Below are positions 25,601 to 35,279 of a DNA stretch of 64,000 bases, one piece after another. This DNA is from Gemmatimonadales bacterium (GTDB taxonomy: Bacteria > Gemmatimonadota > Gemmatimonadetes > Gemmatimonadales > GWC2-71-9). The notes beneath the pieces were generated by a model, which did no database searches, was not told where the DNA came from, and was given only the letters and a program-made list of their open reading frames with translations. Within the stretch, counting starts at the first letter, position 1; each line of letters begins with the position of its first letter. The stretch covers positions 16,527 to 80,526 of the forward strand of contig DASSGV010000009.1 in the NCBI GenBank assembly GCA_035693225.1, in the 5' to 3' direction. Position numbers and translations under genes: made by a program.

Positions 25601-25669
25601 CTCACTGCACGATGTCCCGCACCCCGGAAGCCCAACAGCTCCCGGGGTGTCGGCCTTTCCGGCCTGTTC

Positions 25670-26581
25670 GTGAACCCTCCCGCGCCCTCCCATGTGCCGG
25701 TCCTCGCCGGTCCCCTGCAGGCCGTCGCACCCGGCGCCCGCCGCGTGGTGGACGCGACGCTGGGCCACGGTGGGCACGCCGCACTCTTCCTCGCGTCGGG
25801 CGCCGAGGTGCTGGGGGTCGATCGCGATCCGGATGCCCTCGAGATCGCCCGGCATCGCCTGGCAGGCGCGGCGGTCACCTTCCTGGCCGGATCCTTCGGC
25901 GACGCGGCAGTGCACCAGGCGGTCGTCGAGTTCCGACCCGATTTCATCCTGCTCGACCTCGGCGTGTCGTCCCGCCAGCTGGACGAGGATCCCAGGGGAT
26001 TCACCTTCCGCCCCGGAGCGCCGCTCGACATGCGGATGGACCGCACCGGCCCCACCGCCGCCGACGTCCTGAACACGGCGGACGAGGCCGAGCTCACGGC
26101 GATCTTCCGGGATTTCGGCGATGAACGCCGGGCCCGCGGACTCGCCCGGGAGGTCGCGCGCCGGCGCACGAGGGCGCCGTTCGCCGTCAGCGACGACCTG
26201 GTCAACGCCATTCGGGCCGTGCTCGGACCGCAGTCCGGCGCCGCGGACTTTGCGCGCCTCTTCCAGGCGGTGCGGATCGCGGTCAACGGCGAGCTTGAGG
26301 TGCTGGAGCGGTCGTTGCCCCTCTTCCGGGATGCCCTGACGCCGGGCGGGACGCTCGCCGTCATCAGTTATCATTCGGGTGAGGACCGGATCGTGAAGCG
26401 CTATTTTCACGAATGGGCGCGCGCCTGCGTCTGCCCCCCCGAACAGCCGGTGTGCACCTGCCGCGGTCGTCCCCTCGGCGCCGCCGAACCGCGACGCGCG
26501 ATCACCGCCGACGCCGCCGAGATCGAGGCCAATCCCCGCTCGCGCAGCGCCAGGCTCAGGATCTTCCGGAAGGCCGAATGA
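25670..26581 (+). CDS. rsmH: 16S rRNA (cytosine1402-N4)-methyltransferase RsmH (MraW)
   Basis: 303 aa. HVPVL, DATLGHGGH, LLDLGVSSRQLD, FRPGAPLDMRMD, ISYHSGEDRIVK. First gene of the dcw cluster. GTG start. Confidence 0.93.
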   Translation: MNPPAPSHVPVLAGPLQAVAPGARRVVDATLGHGGHAALFLASGAEVLGVDRDPDALEIARHRLAGAAVTFLAGSFGDAAVHQAVVEFRPDFILLDLGVSSRQLDEDPRGFTFRPGAPLDMRMDRTGPTAADVLNTADEAELTAIFRDFGDERRARGLAREVARRRTRAPFAVSDDLVNAIRAVLGPQSGAADFARLFQAVRIAVNGELEVLERSLPLFRDALTPGGTLAVISYHSGEDRIVKRYFHEWARACVCPPEQPVCTCRGRPLGAAEPRRAITADAAEIEANPRSRSARLRIFRKAE

Positions 26582-26874
26582 CATTGAAGGGCCGCCATTG
26601 GGTGATGCTCTGGCTGGTGGTGTTCCTCGCCGTGGCGGGAGTGGTGGTGGCGCGCTCGACCGCCGGGCTGGCCACCGCCCGGGCGCTCGGTGATGCGCGC
26701 GAGGAGCGCGCGGCGCTCGAAGCCCGACGCGGCGACCTCGAACGGCGGATCCGTGAGGGCTCGAGCCGTCAGGTGCTGATCCCGCGCGTCGAATCTTCGT
26801 TGGGCCTCCACCTTCCCTCCGACAGCGACTTCGTCCTCTTCCAGCCCGCTCCGGCGGGGACCGGCGGACACTGA
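26578..26874 (+). CDS. ftsL: FtsL-like division protein (single TM + coiled coil)
   Basis: ATG 26578 within frame 26413-26874. 98 aa. TM HWVMLWLVVFLAVAGVVVA followed by a heptad-like region. Canonical position between rsmH and ftsI. Overlaps both neighbours. Confidence 0.7.
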   Translation: MTLKGRHWVMLWLVVFLAVAGVVVARSTAGLATARALGDAREERAALEARRGDLERRIREGSSRQVLIPRVESSLGLHLPSDSDFVLFQPAPAGTGGH

Positions 26875-28838
26875 TGGCCCGCGCCGAGGTGCGGCTCGGG
26901 GTCGTGCAGGCCGGCCTGGTGCTCGCGCTGGCTGCGATCGTCGGCCGCGCGGCCTATGTCCAGGTGTGGCAGGGGGCGACCTACGCCCGGGAGGCCGCCA
27001 AGGATCGCACCGAGCACCTGATCCTGCCGGCCCGGCGCGGCACCATCCGTGACCGCAACGGCGTGCCGCTCGCGGTGACCCAGGAGTACTACCACGTCGG
27101 GGTGGCGCCGAACGAACTCGCCGATCGCGATGCCGCGGTGCGCCAGCTCTCCCGCGCGCTCGGCATCAACACATCGCGCTTGCGCGCCGACCTTCGGGGC
27201 CCCCGCCGATGGTTGTATTACTACGGCCCCTTCAGCGCGGCGCAGGTCGATCCGGTCCGCAGCCTCCACGGCGTACACCTCGATCGCGAATACGCCCGGT
27301 TCTACCCGGCGCGCGGCCTGGCCCGCCCCATCATCGGCGCCCTGGCCTCCGACAGCGCCCGGGGGGCGTCGGGGCTCGAATTGGTCCTCGATTCGGTGTT
27401 GCGCGGTGAACCCGGAGCGGCGGTGGTCATCAAGGACCGCGCCGGCCGGACCTACGACTCGCCCTCGCGCCAGGTGCGCGATCCGGTGGCTGGCGGCGAC
27501 GTGCTCCTCACCATCGACGCGGAGCTGCAGGACATCGCGGAGCAGGGGCTCGCCGAGGCGCTGCAGGCCCTCCACGCCGAAGGCGGGGACGTCGTCTTCC
27601 TCGACCCGCGCACCGGTGAAGTGCTGGCGCTCGCGTCACGTCAGAGCGCCGCGAGCGGGGACGCCGGGGTCCGCCCCTCCACCATCACCGATCCGTTCGA
27701 GCCCGGCTCGACGGCCAAGCTCTTCACCGCGGCGGCCCTCCTGGCCGATCGGCTGGTCGACAGTACCGCGACGGTGAGTGGTCACGACGGTCACTGGCTG
27801 ATGCCCATCAACAGCCGGGGCGAGACCCGCCCCATCGACGACGTGCATCCGCTGCACGGGCGGGTGACCCTCGCCGAGGCGATCGGCGTGTCGAGCAATA
27901 TCGCGATGGCGCAGTTCTCCTCCCGCCTCACCGACGACCAGCAGTATGACATGCTCCGCAACTTCGGCTTCGGCAGCCCGACCGGGATCGAGTTCCCGGC
28001 GGAGTCCCGCGGGCGGCTGACCCGTCCCGACCAATGGACCTCGCTCTCGCGCGCGAGCCACGCGATGGGCTACGAGATGGGCGTCACCCCGCTCCAGCTG
28101 GCGGCGGCCTACGCCGCGATCGCCGACGACGGCGTCCTCCTCACGCCGACCCTGGTCAAGGAGATCCGCGGACCGGATGGACGGATCCTGTATCAGCACC
28201 GCCCGGAGCCGGTGCGGCGCGCGGTGTCCCCGGAAGTGGCGGCCAGGTTGCGGGCCTTCATGCGCGGTGCGGTCGCGGAAGGGGGCACCGGTGAGCGGGC
28301 CCAGCTTGCCAACTACCAGCTCATCGGCAAGACCGGCACGGCCAAGCACTTCGAGAACGGCGTGTATGTCCAGGGGGAGTACGTCGCCAGTTTTGCGGCC
28401 TTGTTCCCCGCCGACGACCCGCAACTCGTCGTCATCGTGAAGCTCGATGCACCGAGGGGGGAGTTCGGCGGCGCCACGGCGGCGCCGGTGACCCGCACGA
28501 TGCTCGAACAGGCGCTGGCGAGCCGCCGGGTCGCGATCGACCGGTCCCGCCTGACCGAACGCCTCGCCTCCTCCCTGCCGGTGGCGGCGGCCCCGGATCC
28601 GACCGACCCCGACCCGTCGATGGTCGTGATCCCCTGGCCACCGGTACCCGACTCGGCGGCGTCGACCCCCGTCACGGTGCCCGCCGTGATCGGTTCGACG
28701 GTGCGTCAGGCGTCGCTCGCCCTCCATCGCCGCGGATTCAGGGTCGATCTGCGCGGCCTGGGACTCGTGGAACGGACCGACCCCGGCGCCGGCGCATCCG
28801 CACCCCGCGGCACCACCATCACCGTCTGGACCCGCTGA
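26874..28838 (+). CDS. ftsI: Peptidoglycan D,D-transpeptidase FtsI (class B PBP) with C-terminal PASTA domain
   Basis: 654 aa. SxxK (GSTAKLF), SxN (VSSNIAM), KTGT (GKTGTA). The C-terminal roughly 65 aa (VPAVIGSTVRQASLALHRRGFRVDLRG...GTTITVW) fits a PASTA fold. Confidence 0.93.
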   Translation: MARAEVRLGVVQAGLVLALAAIVGRAAYVQVWQGATYAREAAKDRTEHLILPARRGTIRDRNGVPLAVTQEYYHVGVAPNELADRDAAVRQLSRALGINTSRLRADLRGPRRWLYYYGPFSAAQVDPVRSLHGVHLDREYARFYPARGLARPIIGALASDSARGASGLELVLDSVLRGEPGAAVVIKDRAGRTYDSPSRQVRDPVAGGDVLLTIDAELQDIAEQGLAEALQALHAEGGDVVFLDPRTGEVLALASRQSAASGDAGVRPSTITDPFEPGSTAKLFTAAALLADRLVDSTATVSGHDGHWLMPINSRGETRPIDDVHPLHGRVTLAEAIGVSSNIAMAQFSSRLTDDQQYDMLRNFGFGSPTGIEFPAESRGRLTRPDQWTSLSRASHAMGYEMGVTPLQLAAAYAAIADDGVLLTPTLVKEIRGPDGRILYQHRPEPVRRAVSPEVAARLRAFMRGAVAEGGTGERAQLANYQLIGKTGTAKHFENGVYVQGEYVASFAALFPADDPQLVVIVKLDAPRGEFGGATAAPVTRTMLEQALASRRVAIDRSRLTERLASSLPVAAAPDPTDPDPSMVVIPWPPVPDSAASTPVTVPAVIGSTVRQASLALHRRGFRVDLRGLGLVERTDPGAGASAPRGTTITVWTR

Positions 28839-30307
28839 TGCGCTCACTCACCGACCTGTGCGCCGCCTTGGCCCGCGCCGATCTCCTCGTCCAGGCCCCC
28901 GCGGGTGACGTGACGGTCGGGTCCATCGAGACCGACAGCCGACTGGTCCGTCCCGGTGCGCTCTACATCGCGGTCCGTGGCAGCCAGGTCGACGGGCACA
29001 AGTTCATTTCCGATGCCGTGGCCCGGGGTGCCGTAGCGGTGGTGGTGGAGCGGTCCACCGGCGCCACGCTGCCGGAGGTGGTCGTGTCGGACGGCCGCCT
29101 TGCCGCGAGCGCCCTGGCCCGTCACTGGTATGACGATCCTTCCGCCGGGCTCACGCTGATCGGCATCACCGGCACCAACGGCAAGAGCACCACCACCGGG
29201 ATCGTGCGCCACCTGTTCAATGCCGAGGGCACCGCGGGCAGCATCGGGACCCTCGGCGCCTTCGACGGCGCCGGGCTCGCGGTGCCGTCGACCGCGGGGG
29301 TGCTGACGACGCCGGGGCCGGTGGATCTCCAGGCGACCTTCGCCGCGCTGGTGGCCCGCGGGGTACGGACGGTCGCGATGGAGGCCTCATCCCACAGCCT
29401 CGATCAGGGCCGGCTCGACGCCGTGCGCTTCCGGGCGGCGGTCTTCACCAACCTGACCCGCGAGCATCTCGACTACCACGTCACGATGGAGGCGTACCTC
29501 GCGGCCAAGCTCCGGCTCACCGCGCTCCTCGAGGCCGATGGCGTGGAGATCGTCAACCGCGACGACGACGCGTGGCTTGCCATACCACCGACGCCGCCCT
29601 CCCGCCGCCTCACGTTCGGCGTGCATCCCGACGCGGCGGTCCGGGCCGAGGACGTCGTGACCGACCCGGCGGGGACCACCTTCGCGCTCCGGAGCCGTTG
29701 GGGGAATGCGGACGTCCGGACGCCGTTCCTCGGCGACTTCAACGTGGCCAACGCGCTCGGCGCCATCGCCGCGGCACTCGCGCTGGGGCGCCCGTTCGCC
29801 GAAGTGGTGGAGCGCATCGCCACCGCGCCGCAGGTGCCGGGACGGATGGAGGTGCTCCACCGTGGTGAGTTCGTGGTCCTCTGCGACTACATGCACACCC
29901 CCGACGCCTACGAGCGGGTCCTCGGCACCCTCCGCCCCCTCACACCGGGTCGGTTGATCGTGCTCTTCGGCTGCGGCGGAGATCGCGACCGCGGCAAGCG
30001 GCCGATGATGGGACGCATCGCGGTGGAGCGGGCCGACCTGGTCATCCTCACCACCGACAACCCGCGCACAGAAGACCCCGAGCGGATCCTCGCCGACATC
30101 CTCGCCGGCACCGCGGGTGCCCCGGCGGGCAAGGTGGTGACGATCCCGGACCGGGAAGAGGCGATCCACGCGGCGGTGGCGCTGGCCGGTGCCGGTGACA
30201 CGATCATCCTGGCGGGGAAGGGGCCCGACCGATACCAGATCTACGGCACCGAGAAGGTCCCGTTCGACGAACCGGGGATCGTGGCCAGCGCGGTGGGGCG
30301 GCGGTGA
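28838..30307 (+). CDS. murE: UDP-MurNAc-L-Ala-D-Glu:meso-DAP ligase MurE
   Basis: 489 aa. GITGTNGKSTT. The DNPR motif (TTDNPRTEDP) indicates DAP specificity. dcw position. Confidence 0.95.
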   Translation: MRSLTDLCAALARADLLVQAPAGDVTVGSIETDSRLVRPGALYIAVRGSQVDGHKFISDAVARGAVAVVVERSTGATLPEVVVSDGRLAASALARHWYDDPSAGLTLIGITGTNGKSTTTGIVRHLFNAEGTAGSIGTLGAFDGAGLAVPSTAGVLTTPGPVDLQATFAALVARGVRTVAMEASSHSLDQGRLDAVRFRAAVFTNLTREHLDYHVTMEAYLAAKLRLTALLEADGVEIVNRDDDAWLAIPPTPPSRRLTFGVHPDAAVRAEDVVTDPAGTTFALRSRWGNADVRTPFLGDFNVANALGAIAAALALGRPFAEVVERIATAPQVPGRMEVLHRGEFVVLCDYMHTPDAYERVLGTLRPLTPGRLIVLFGCGGDRDRGKRPMMGRIAVERADLVILTTDNPRTEDPERILADILAGTAGAPAGKVVTIPDREEAIHAAVALAGAGDTIILAGKGPDRYQIYGTEKVPFDEPGIVASAVGRR

Positions 30308-31629
30308 GTCGCTGGTCCAGGGCGGCGGTGGCCGAGGCGCTCGGTGTCCCGGTGCCGGGCGCCGGCTTCGGGTCGATCTCGACCGACACCCGGACCCTCA
30401 CGGCGGGCGCGCTCTTCGTGGCGCTCGCCGGCGCTCGATTCGACGGACACGACCATCTCGCGGCCGCCAAACGTGCCGGCGCCGCGGCCGCGGTCGTGCG
30501 ACGGGGTACCGCGGCGGTCGAGGGGCTCCCGTTGGTCGAGGTGGACGACACCCTCGTCGCGTACGGTCACCTGGCCCGGGCCCGCCGGCGCGAGATCCAC
30601 GGGCCGGTCGTCGCCATCACGGGGAGTAACGGAAAGACCAGCACCAAGGAATTCCTCGCCGCAGTCCTCGGCACGGCGTATCGGGTCCACGCCACCGCGC
30701 AGAACCTGAACAACCTGGTGGGCGTGCCGCAGACCATCCTGGCGGCGCCACCCGGCACCGACGCGCTCGTCATCGAGGCGGGCGCGAGCGAACCGGGAGA
30801 GCTGGCGCGGGCGCGTGCCATCATTGAACCCACGGTGGTGGTGATCACCAACGTCGCGCCATCTCATCTCGATGGATTCGGGTCGGTGGCGGGGATCCTG
30901 GCGGAAAAGCTCTCGCTCGCCGCGGGAGCACCGCTCGCGGTGGTGGGTGCGGAACCGCCGGCGCTTGCCGCCGGCGCCCGCACGATCGCGGCGCGGGTGC
31001 TGGTGGCGCCCGCACCGGTGGCCACGGTCGATCGGGAGGGGCGGGCGTCGTTCACCGCCGACGGACACGCCGTGACGCTCGCGGTGCGCGGACTGCAGCA
31101 GGCCGGCAACGCGCTGCTGGCGTGGATGGTGGGCACGGAACTCGGGTTGGCGCCGACGGCGATGGCGACGGCGCTCGGCCGCACGATGCTCCCCGGCGGT
31201 CGGGGTCAGCTGCTGCAACACGGCGGGCTCACGGTGCTCGACGACAGCTACAACGCCAATCCCGCCTCGTTCCTGGCGGCGATCGCCACGGCGCAGGCGA
31301 TGCGTGCCGGGCGCCGGCTGGTCTTCGTGGCCGGCACGATGAAGGAGCTGGGGCCAGGGTCCACGATGTACCATCGGGAGGTGGCGGCGGCGCTGGTGGC
31401 GCTTCACCCCGACCTGCTGGCGGCGGAAGGGGAGTTCGTGCCGGCGCTGGAGTCCCATCGGGCGGCCCTAGGCAATGCGCTCCTGACGGCGCCTGACGCC
31501 CCGGCCCTCGGCGCCTTGCTCCGGGAGCGCCTGCGCGGGGACGAACTCATCGTCCTCAAGGCGTCCCGCGGCGCGGCGCTGGAACGTATACTTCCCTATC
31601 TCGGTCTCACCCCGACCACTTCGCACTGA
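30304..31629 (+). CDS. murF: UDP-MurNAc-tripeptide:D-Ala-D-Ala ligase MurF
   Basis: 441 aa. AITGSNGKTSTKE, DSYNANP, KASRG. GTGA overlap with murE. Confidence 0.93.
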   Translation: MSRWSRAAVAEALGVPVPGAGFGSISTDTRTLTAGALFVALAGARFDGHDHLAAAKRAGAAAAVVRRGTAAVEGLPLVEVDDTLVAYGHLARARRREIHGPVVAITGSNGKTSTKEFLAAVLGTAYRVHATAQNLNNLVGVPQTILAAPPGTDALVIEAGASEPGELARARAIIEPTVVVITNVAPSHLDGFGSVAGILAEKLSLAAGAPLAVVGAEPPALAAGARTIAARVLVAPAPVATVDREGRASFTADGHAVTLAVRGLQQAGNALLAWMVGTELGLAPTAMATALGRTMLPGGRGQLLQHGGLTVLDDSYNANPASFLAAIATAQAMRAGRRLVFVAGTMKELGPGSTMYHREVAAALVALHPDLLAAEGEFVPALESHRAALGNALLTAPDAPALGALLRERLRGDELIVLKASRGAALERILPYLGLTPTTSH

Positions 31630-31635
31630 GGGACG

Positions 31636-32763
31636 ATGTTCTACCATCTACTCGCTCCCCTCGGCAGCAAGTACCTCCTGTTCAACCTGTTCAACTACTT
31701 GAGCTTCCGCGCGGCCGGTGCCACCGTCACTGCGCTGGTGATGGCGTTCGTCGTGGGGCCCGGGATCATCCGGCGCCTGCGCGCGCACAAAGTGGGGCAG
31801 GTCATCCGGGCCGAGGGCCCGGCCAGCCACCAGGGGAAGCGAGGCACCCCGACGATGGGCGGGCTGATCATCCTGCTCTGCACCATCGTGCCGACCCTCC
31901 TGTGGGCCCCGCTCACCAACCGCTTCGTGCTGGTGGCCATCGGCGCCACGATCTGGATGGGTGCCATCGGCTTCATCGACGACTACCTGAAGGTGGTGCA
32001 GGGGCGGTCGCGCGGGTTGGTGGCCAAATGGAAGCTCGCCGGGCAGGTCACCTTCGGCGTGGCGCTGGGCATCACCCTGCTCGTCTGGCCGGCGGTGCCT
32101 CCCGACACCATTCCGGCGTCGGCCACGACGGTACCGGTCTTCAAGTACGTGGTGGTGATGATGGCGCCGGTGCTCTATGTGGTGTTCGTGACCGGCGTGG
32201 TCACCGGCTTCTCCAATGCGGTCAACCTCACCGACGGCCTCGACGGCCTGGCCACGGGGCTCACGGCCATCGCCGCGGGCGCCTTTGCGCTCTTCGCGTA
32301 CATATTCGGCCGGGTCGACGTCACCCAGTATCTCTTCCTCTTCTACCTGCCGGGGGCGGGGGAATTGGCGGTCTTCTGTGCGGCGCTGATGGGGGCCGCC
32401 CTCGGGTTCCTCTGGTTCAACGCGCACCCCGCCGAAGTGTTCATGGGCGACACCGGGAGCCTCGCCATCGGCGGGGCCTTCGGCACCATCGCGATCCTCC
32501 TCAAAGCCGAGTTCCTGCTGGTGATCCTCGGCGGGGTGTTCGTGGCGGAAACGGTGTCGGTGATGATCCAGACCGGCACCTTCAAGTGGTTCAAGCGGAC
32601 CCGGGGCAGGGAATACGCCGACGCGCACCGCGTGTTCCGGATGGCGCCCCTTCACCACCACTTCGAAAAGCTCGGGTGGCCGGAAGCGACGGTGGTGACC
32701 CGATTCTGGATCCTCGGTATCTTCTGCGCGCTCCTGGCCCTCGGCACACTCAAGGTCCGCTGA
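31636..32763 (+). CDS. mraY: Phospho-MurNAc-pentapeptide translocase MraY
   Basis: 375 aa polytopic membrane protein. GTPTMGG, NAVNLTDGLDGLA, FMGDTGSLAIGG, PLHHHFE. Confidence 0.96.
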   Translation: MFYHLLAPLGSKYLLFNLFNYLSFRAAGATVTALVMAFVVGPGIIRRLRAHKVGQVIRAEGPASHQGKRGTPTMGGLIILLCTIVPTLLWAPLTNRFVLVAIGATIWMGAIGFIDDYLKVVQGRSRGLVAKWKLAGQVTFGVALGITLLVWPAVPPDTIPASATTVPVFKYVVVMMAPVLYVVFVTGVVTGFSNAVNLTDGLDGLATGLTAIAAGAFALFAYIFGRVDVTQYLFLFYLPGAGELAVFCAALMGAALGFLWFNAHPAEVFMGDTGSLAIGGAFGTIAILLKAEFLLVILGGVFVAETVSVMIQTGTFKWFKRTRGREYADAHRVFRMAPLHHHFEKLGWPEATVVTRFWILGIFCALLALGTLKVR

Positions 32764-34109
32764 TGCTCGATCGCTGGCTGCGGGACGGGCGGGAGGTCGC
32801 CGTCATCGGACTCGGACGGAGCGGCATCGCCGCCACGCGGCTCCTGCGCTCCCGCGGCGTACCGGTCTATGCCAGCGACTCCGGCCCCGGCGGCGATCCG
32901 CAGCAGCTGGAGGAACTCCGGGGGGCCGGTGCCGCGGTCGACACCGGCGGCCACGACCTTTCCCGGATCGGCAGGTCGCAGGTGGCCGTGGTGTCGCCGG
33001 GCATCCCGCCGGAGGCACCACCGCTCCAGGCCGCGAGGCGCGCCGGTGTCCCGGTCATCGCCGAGGCGGGACTGGGCCTGGCCGAGCTGCCGCACACCCG
33101 CACCATCTGCATCACCGGGACCAACGGGAAGACCACCACCACGGCGCTGGCGGGACATCTGTTGCAGGTGGCCGGCAAGGGTGCGGAGGTGGCCGGGAAC
33201 ATCGGGCGACCGGTCTGCGACGTGGCGCTCGAGGCCTCCCCGCCGGAGTGGCTGGTCGTCGAGCTGTCGAGCTTCCAGCTCCACGACATGCCGCAGCTGG
33301 CCCCGACCATCGGTGCGCTCACCAACCTCGCGCCGGATCACCTCGACCGGTACGCCAGCCTCGGGGACTACTATGGTGACAAGGCGCGGCTCTTCCGGAA
33401 TGCCGGCCCCGGATCGGTCTGGATCGTCAACGGCGACGACGTCGCAGTCCAGGAGCTCATCCGCGGGGTCGCCGGGACCGTGCTCCGCTTTTCGCTGACC
33501 CATCGGGCCGATGCCTGGTTCGATCGGCCCGCCGGACAGTTGATGCTGCACGATGCCGCCGTGTTGCCGCGGACGGAGCTGCCGCTCCTCGGCGACCACA
33601 ACGTGGCCAACGCGTTGGTGGCGGCACTCGCGACCGTGCAGGCGGGAGGCGACCTCGACAGGATCGCCGCAGGATTGCGGAGCTTCCGCGCATTGCCGCA
33701 CCGGATGGAGCCGGTCCGCGAAGTGGGCGGGGTGCTCTGGATCAACGACTCGAAGGCGACCAACGTCGCGTCCACCGACGTGGCGGTCCGCGCGATGACC
33801 CGGCCCTTCGTGCTCCTTCTGGGCGGGCGCCACAAGGGCGAGCCCTACACCAGGCTGGCGGAGGGGTTCGACGGACGCTGTCGGGCGGTGATCGCCTTCG
33901 GTGAATCGGCGGCGCTGGTGGAGGGGGATCTCGGCGCGCGGGTCCCGGTGGTGCGGGGCGGGGACTTTGCGGATGTCATAACCCGGGCGCGAGCCCTGGC
34001 CCGGCCAGGCGATGCGGTCCTTCTCTCACCGGCCTGCTCGAGCTACGACATGTTCAGGAACTACGAGGAGCGCGGGGCGCGCTTCCGCGCCGCCGTCGAG
34101 GCGATGTGA
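32763..34109 (+). CDS. murD: UDP-MurNAc-L-Ala:D-Glu ligase MurD
   Basis: ATG 32763 within the over-extended frame 31902-34109. VIGLGRSGIAA Rossmann N-terminus, ITGTNGKTTT, NDSKATN. Confidence 0.93.
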   Translation: MLDRWLRDGREVAVIGLGRSGIAATRLLRSRGVPVYASDSGPGGDPQQLEELRGAGAAVDTGGHDLSRIGRSQVAVVSPGIPPEAPPLQAARRAGVPVIAEAGLGLAELPHTRTICITGTNGKTTTTALAGHLLQVAGKGAEVAGNIGRPVCDVALEASPPEWLVVELSSFQLHDMPQLAPTIGALTNLAPDHLDRYASLGDYYGDKARLFRNAGPGSVWIVNGDDVAVQELIRGVAGTVLRFSLTHRADAWFDRPAGQLMLHDAAVLPRTELPLLGDHNVANALVAALATVQAGGDLDRIAAGLRSFRALPHRMEPVREVGGVLWINDSKATNVASTDVAVRAMTRPFVLLLGGRHKGEPYTRLAEGFDGRCRAVIAFGESAALVEGDLGARVPVVRGGDFADVITRARALARPGDAVLLSPACSSYDMFRNYEERGARFRAAVEAM

Positions 34110-35269
34110 GCGCGACCGCGATCCGGCATCCGGGAGAGCTCCGGTGGGAGACCCGGCTCCTGGCGGTCATCACGGCGACGCTCGTCGTCTTCGGGATCGC
34201 GTCCAGCTATGGTGCCGCGAGCCTCCTGACCGACCGCGCCGGTGTCAACATCGGGATGTCGTTCGCGTTGAAGCAGCTCTCCGGCGCAGTGGGGGGCGGG
34301 ATCCTGCTCCTCATCGCGGCGCGGATGGACTATCACCACTGGCGTCGGCTCGCGTGGCCGCTCCTCGGGTTCACGGTGCTGGCGCTCCTGATCCCGCTCC
34401 TGCCTTTTACCCACCGGATCGCACCGAGCATCCACGGGGCCCGTCGCTGGATCGACGTGGGGCCCGTCAACTTCCAGCCTTCCGAGCTGGCCCGCCTGGC
34501 GGTGGTGGTGTGGGCGGCCACCCTTGCCGCCAAGAAGGGCGACCAGCTCCGCGATTTCAAGCGTGGCGTGATGCCGTTCGTGATCGTCATCGGGTTCGTC
34601 TCGCTCCTGATCCTGCTGGAGCCCAACCTCTCGATGGCCACCCTCGTCGCGTTCATCGCCGGCGTCGTGCTCTTCACCGCCGGGGCCAAGATCGGGCACT
34701 TCCTCCTGCTCGGCGGCATCGGCACCGTGCTGGTGTGGCACAAGATCGTCGATACCCAGTACCGTGCCGCCCGGCTGCTCACCTTCCTCAACCGGGACGA
34801 GGCGTCGAGCCAGGCGAGCTTCCAGATCACCCAGTCGCTCGTGGGGATGGGATCGGGACGGATCTTCGGCGTGGGGTTCGGCGCCGGTCAGCAGAAGCTC
34901 GGTTACCTGCCATTCGGTTACTCCGACTTCCTCTTCAGCGTCATCGGGGAGGAGTGGGGCTTCGTCGGCGTCTGCGTCGTCGTGTTCCTCTTCGGGCTCT
35001 TCGTCTGGCTCGGGTTCCGGATCGCGCGCACCGCGCCGGACGCCTTCGGGCAGTACCTCGCGGCCGGCATCACCAGCGCAGTCGGCATCACCGCTTTCCT
35101 TCATATGGCGGTGACCCTGGGCCTGATGCCCACCACCGGCCTCACCCTCCCGTTCATGTCCTACGGCCGGTCGAGCCTGGTCATCACCCTCCTCGGGACC
35201 GGGATCCTGCTCAGCGTCGGCCGGCAGCGGGGCAAGGTCCCGACGCCCGCGAAGTCGGCCAGAAGGTGA
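34106..35269 (+). CDS. ftsW: SEDS-family peptidoglycan polymerase FtsW
   Basis: 387 aa, about 10 TM. QPSELARL, SDFLFSVIGEEWGFVG, PTTGLTLPFMSYGRSS. Confidence 0.92.
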   Translation: MSATAIRHPGELRWETRLLAVITATLVVFGIASSYGAASLLTDRAGVNIGMSFALKQLSGAVGGGILLLIAARMDYHHWRRLAWPLLGFTVLALLIPLLPFTHRIAPSIHGARRWIDVGPVNFQPSELARLAVVVWAATLAAKKGDQLRDFKRGVMPFVIVIGFVSLLILLEPNLSMATLVAFIAGVVLFTAGAKIGHFLLLGGIGTVLVWHKIVDTQYRAARLLTFLNRDEASSQASFQITQSLVGMGSGRIFGVGFGAGQQKLGYLPFGYSDFLFSVIGEEWGFVGVCVVVFLFGLFVWLGFRIARTAPDAFGQYLAAGITSAVGITAFLHMAVTLGLMPTTGLTLPFMSYGRSSLVITLLGTGILLSVGRQRGKVPTPAKSARR

Positions 35270-35279
35270 CTGCGCAACG

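Noticed and set aside
25621-25648. Hairpin accccgg-(14 nt)-ccggggt between tRNA-Asp and rsmH as a terminator or riboswitch
   Set aside because: The stem is only 7-9 bp with a large loop and no U-tract, and I recognise no conserved riboswitch motif. It may be a tRNA processing or terminator element, but the evidence is too weak to annotate.
31902-34109. 735-aa ORF as the murD gene model. Similar N-terminal over-extensions occur at 3570, 4097, 4791, 12044, 16632, 17570, 19523, 20098, 26413, 39616, 41968 and 42812.
   Set aside because: The upstream parts overlap the preceding, well-supported genes in another frame. In each case an internal start sits at or next to the upstream stop codon, and recognisable homology begins there.
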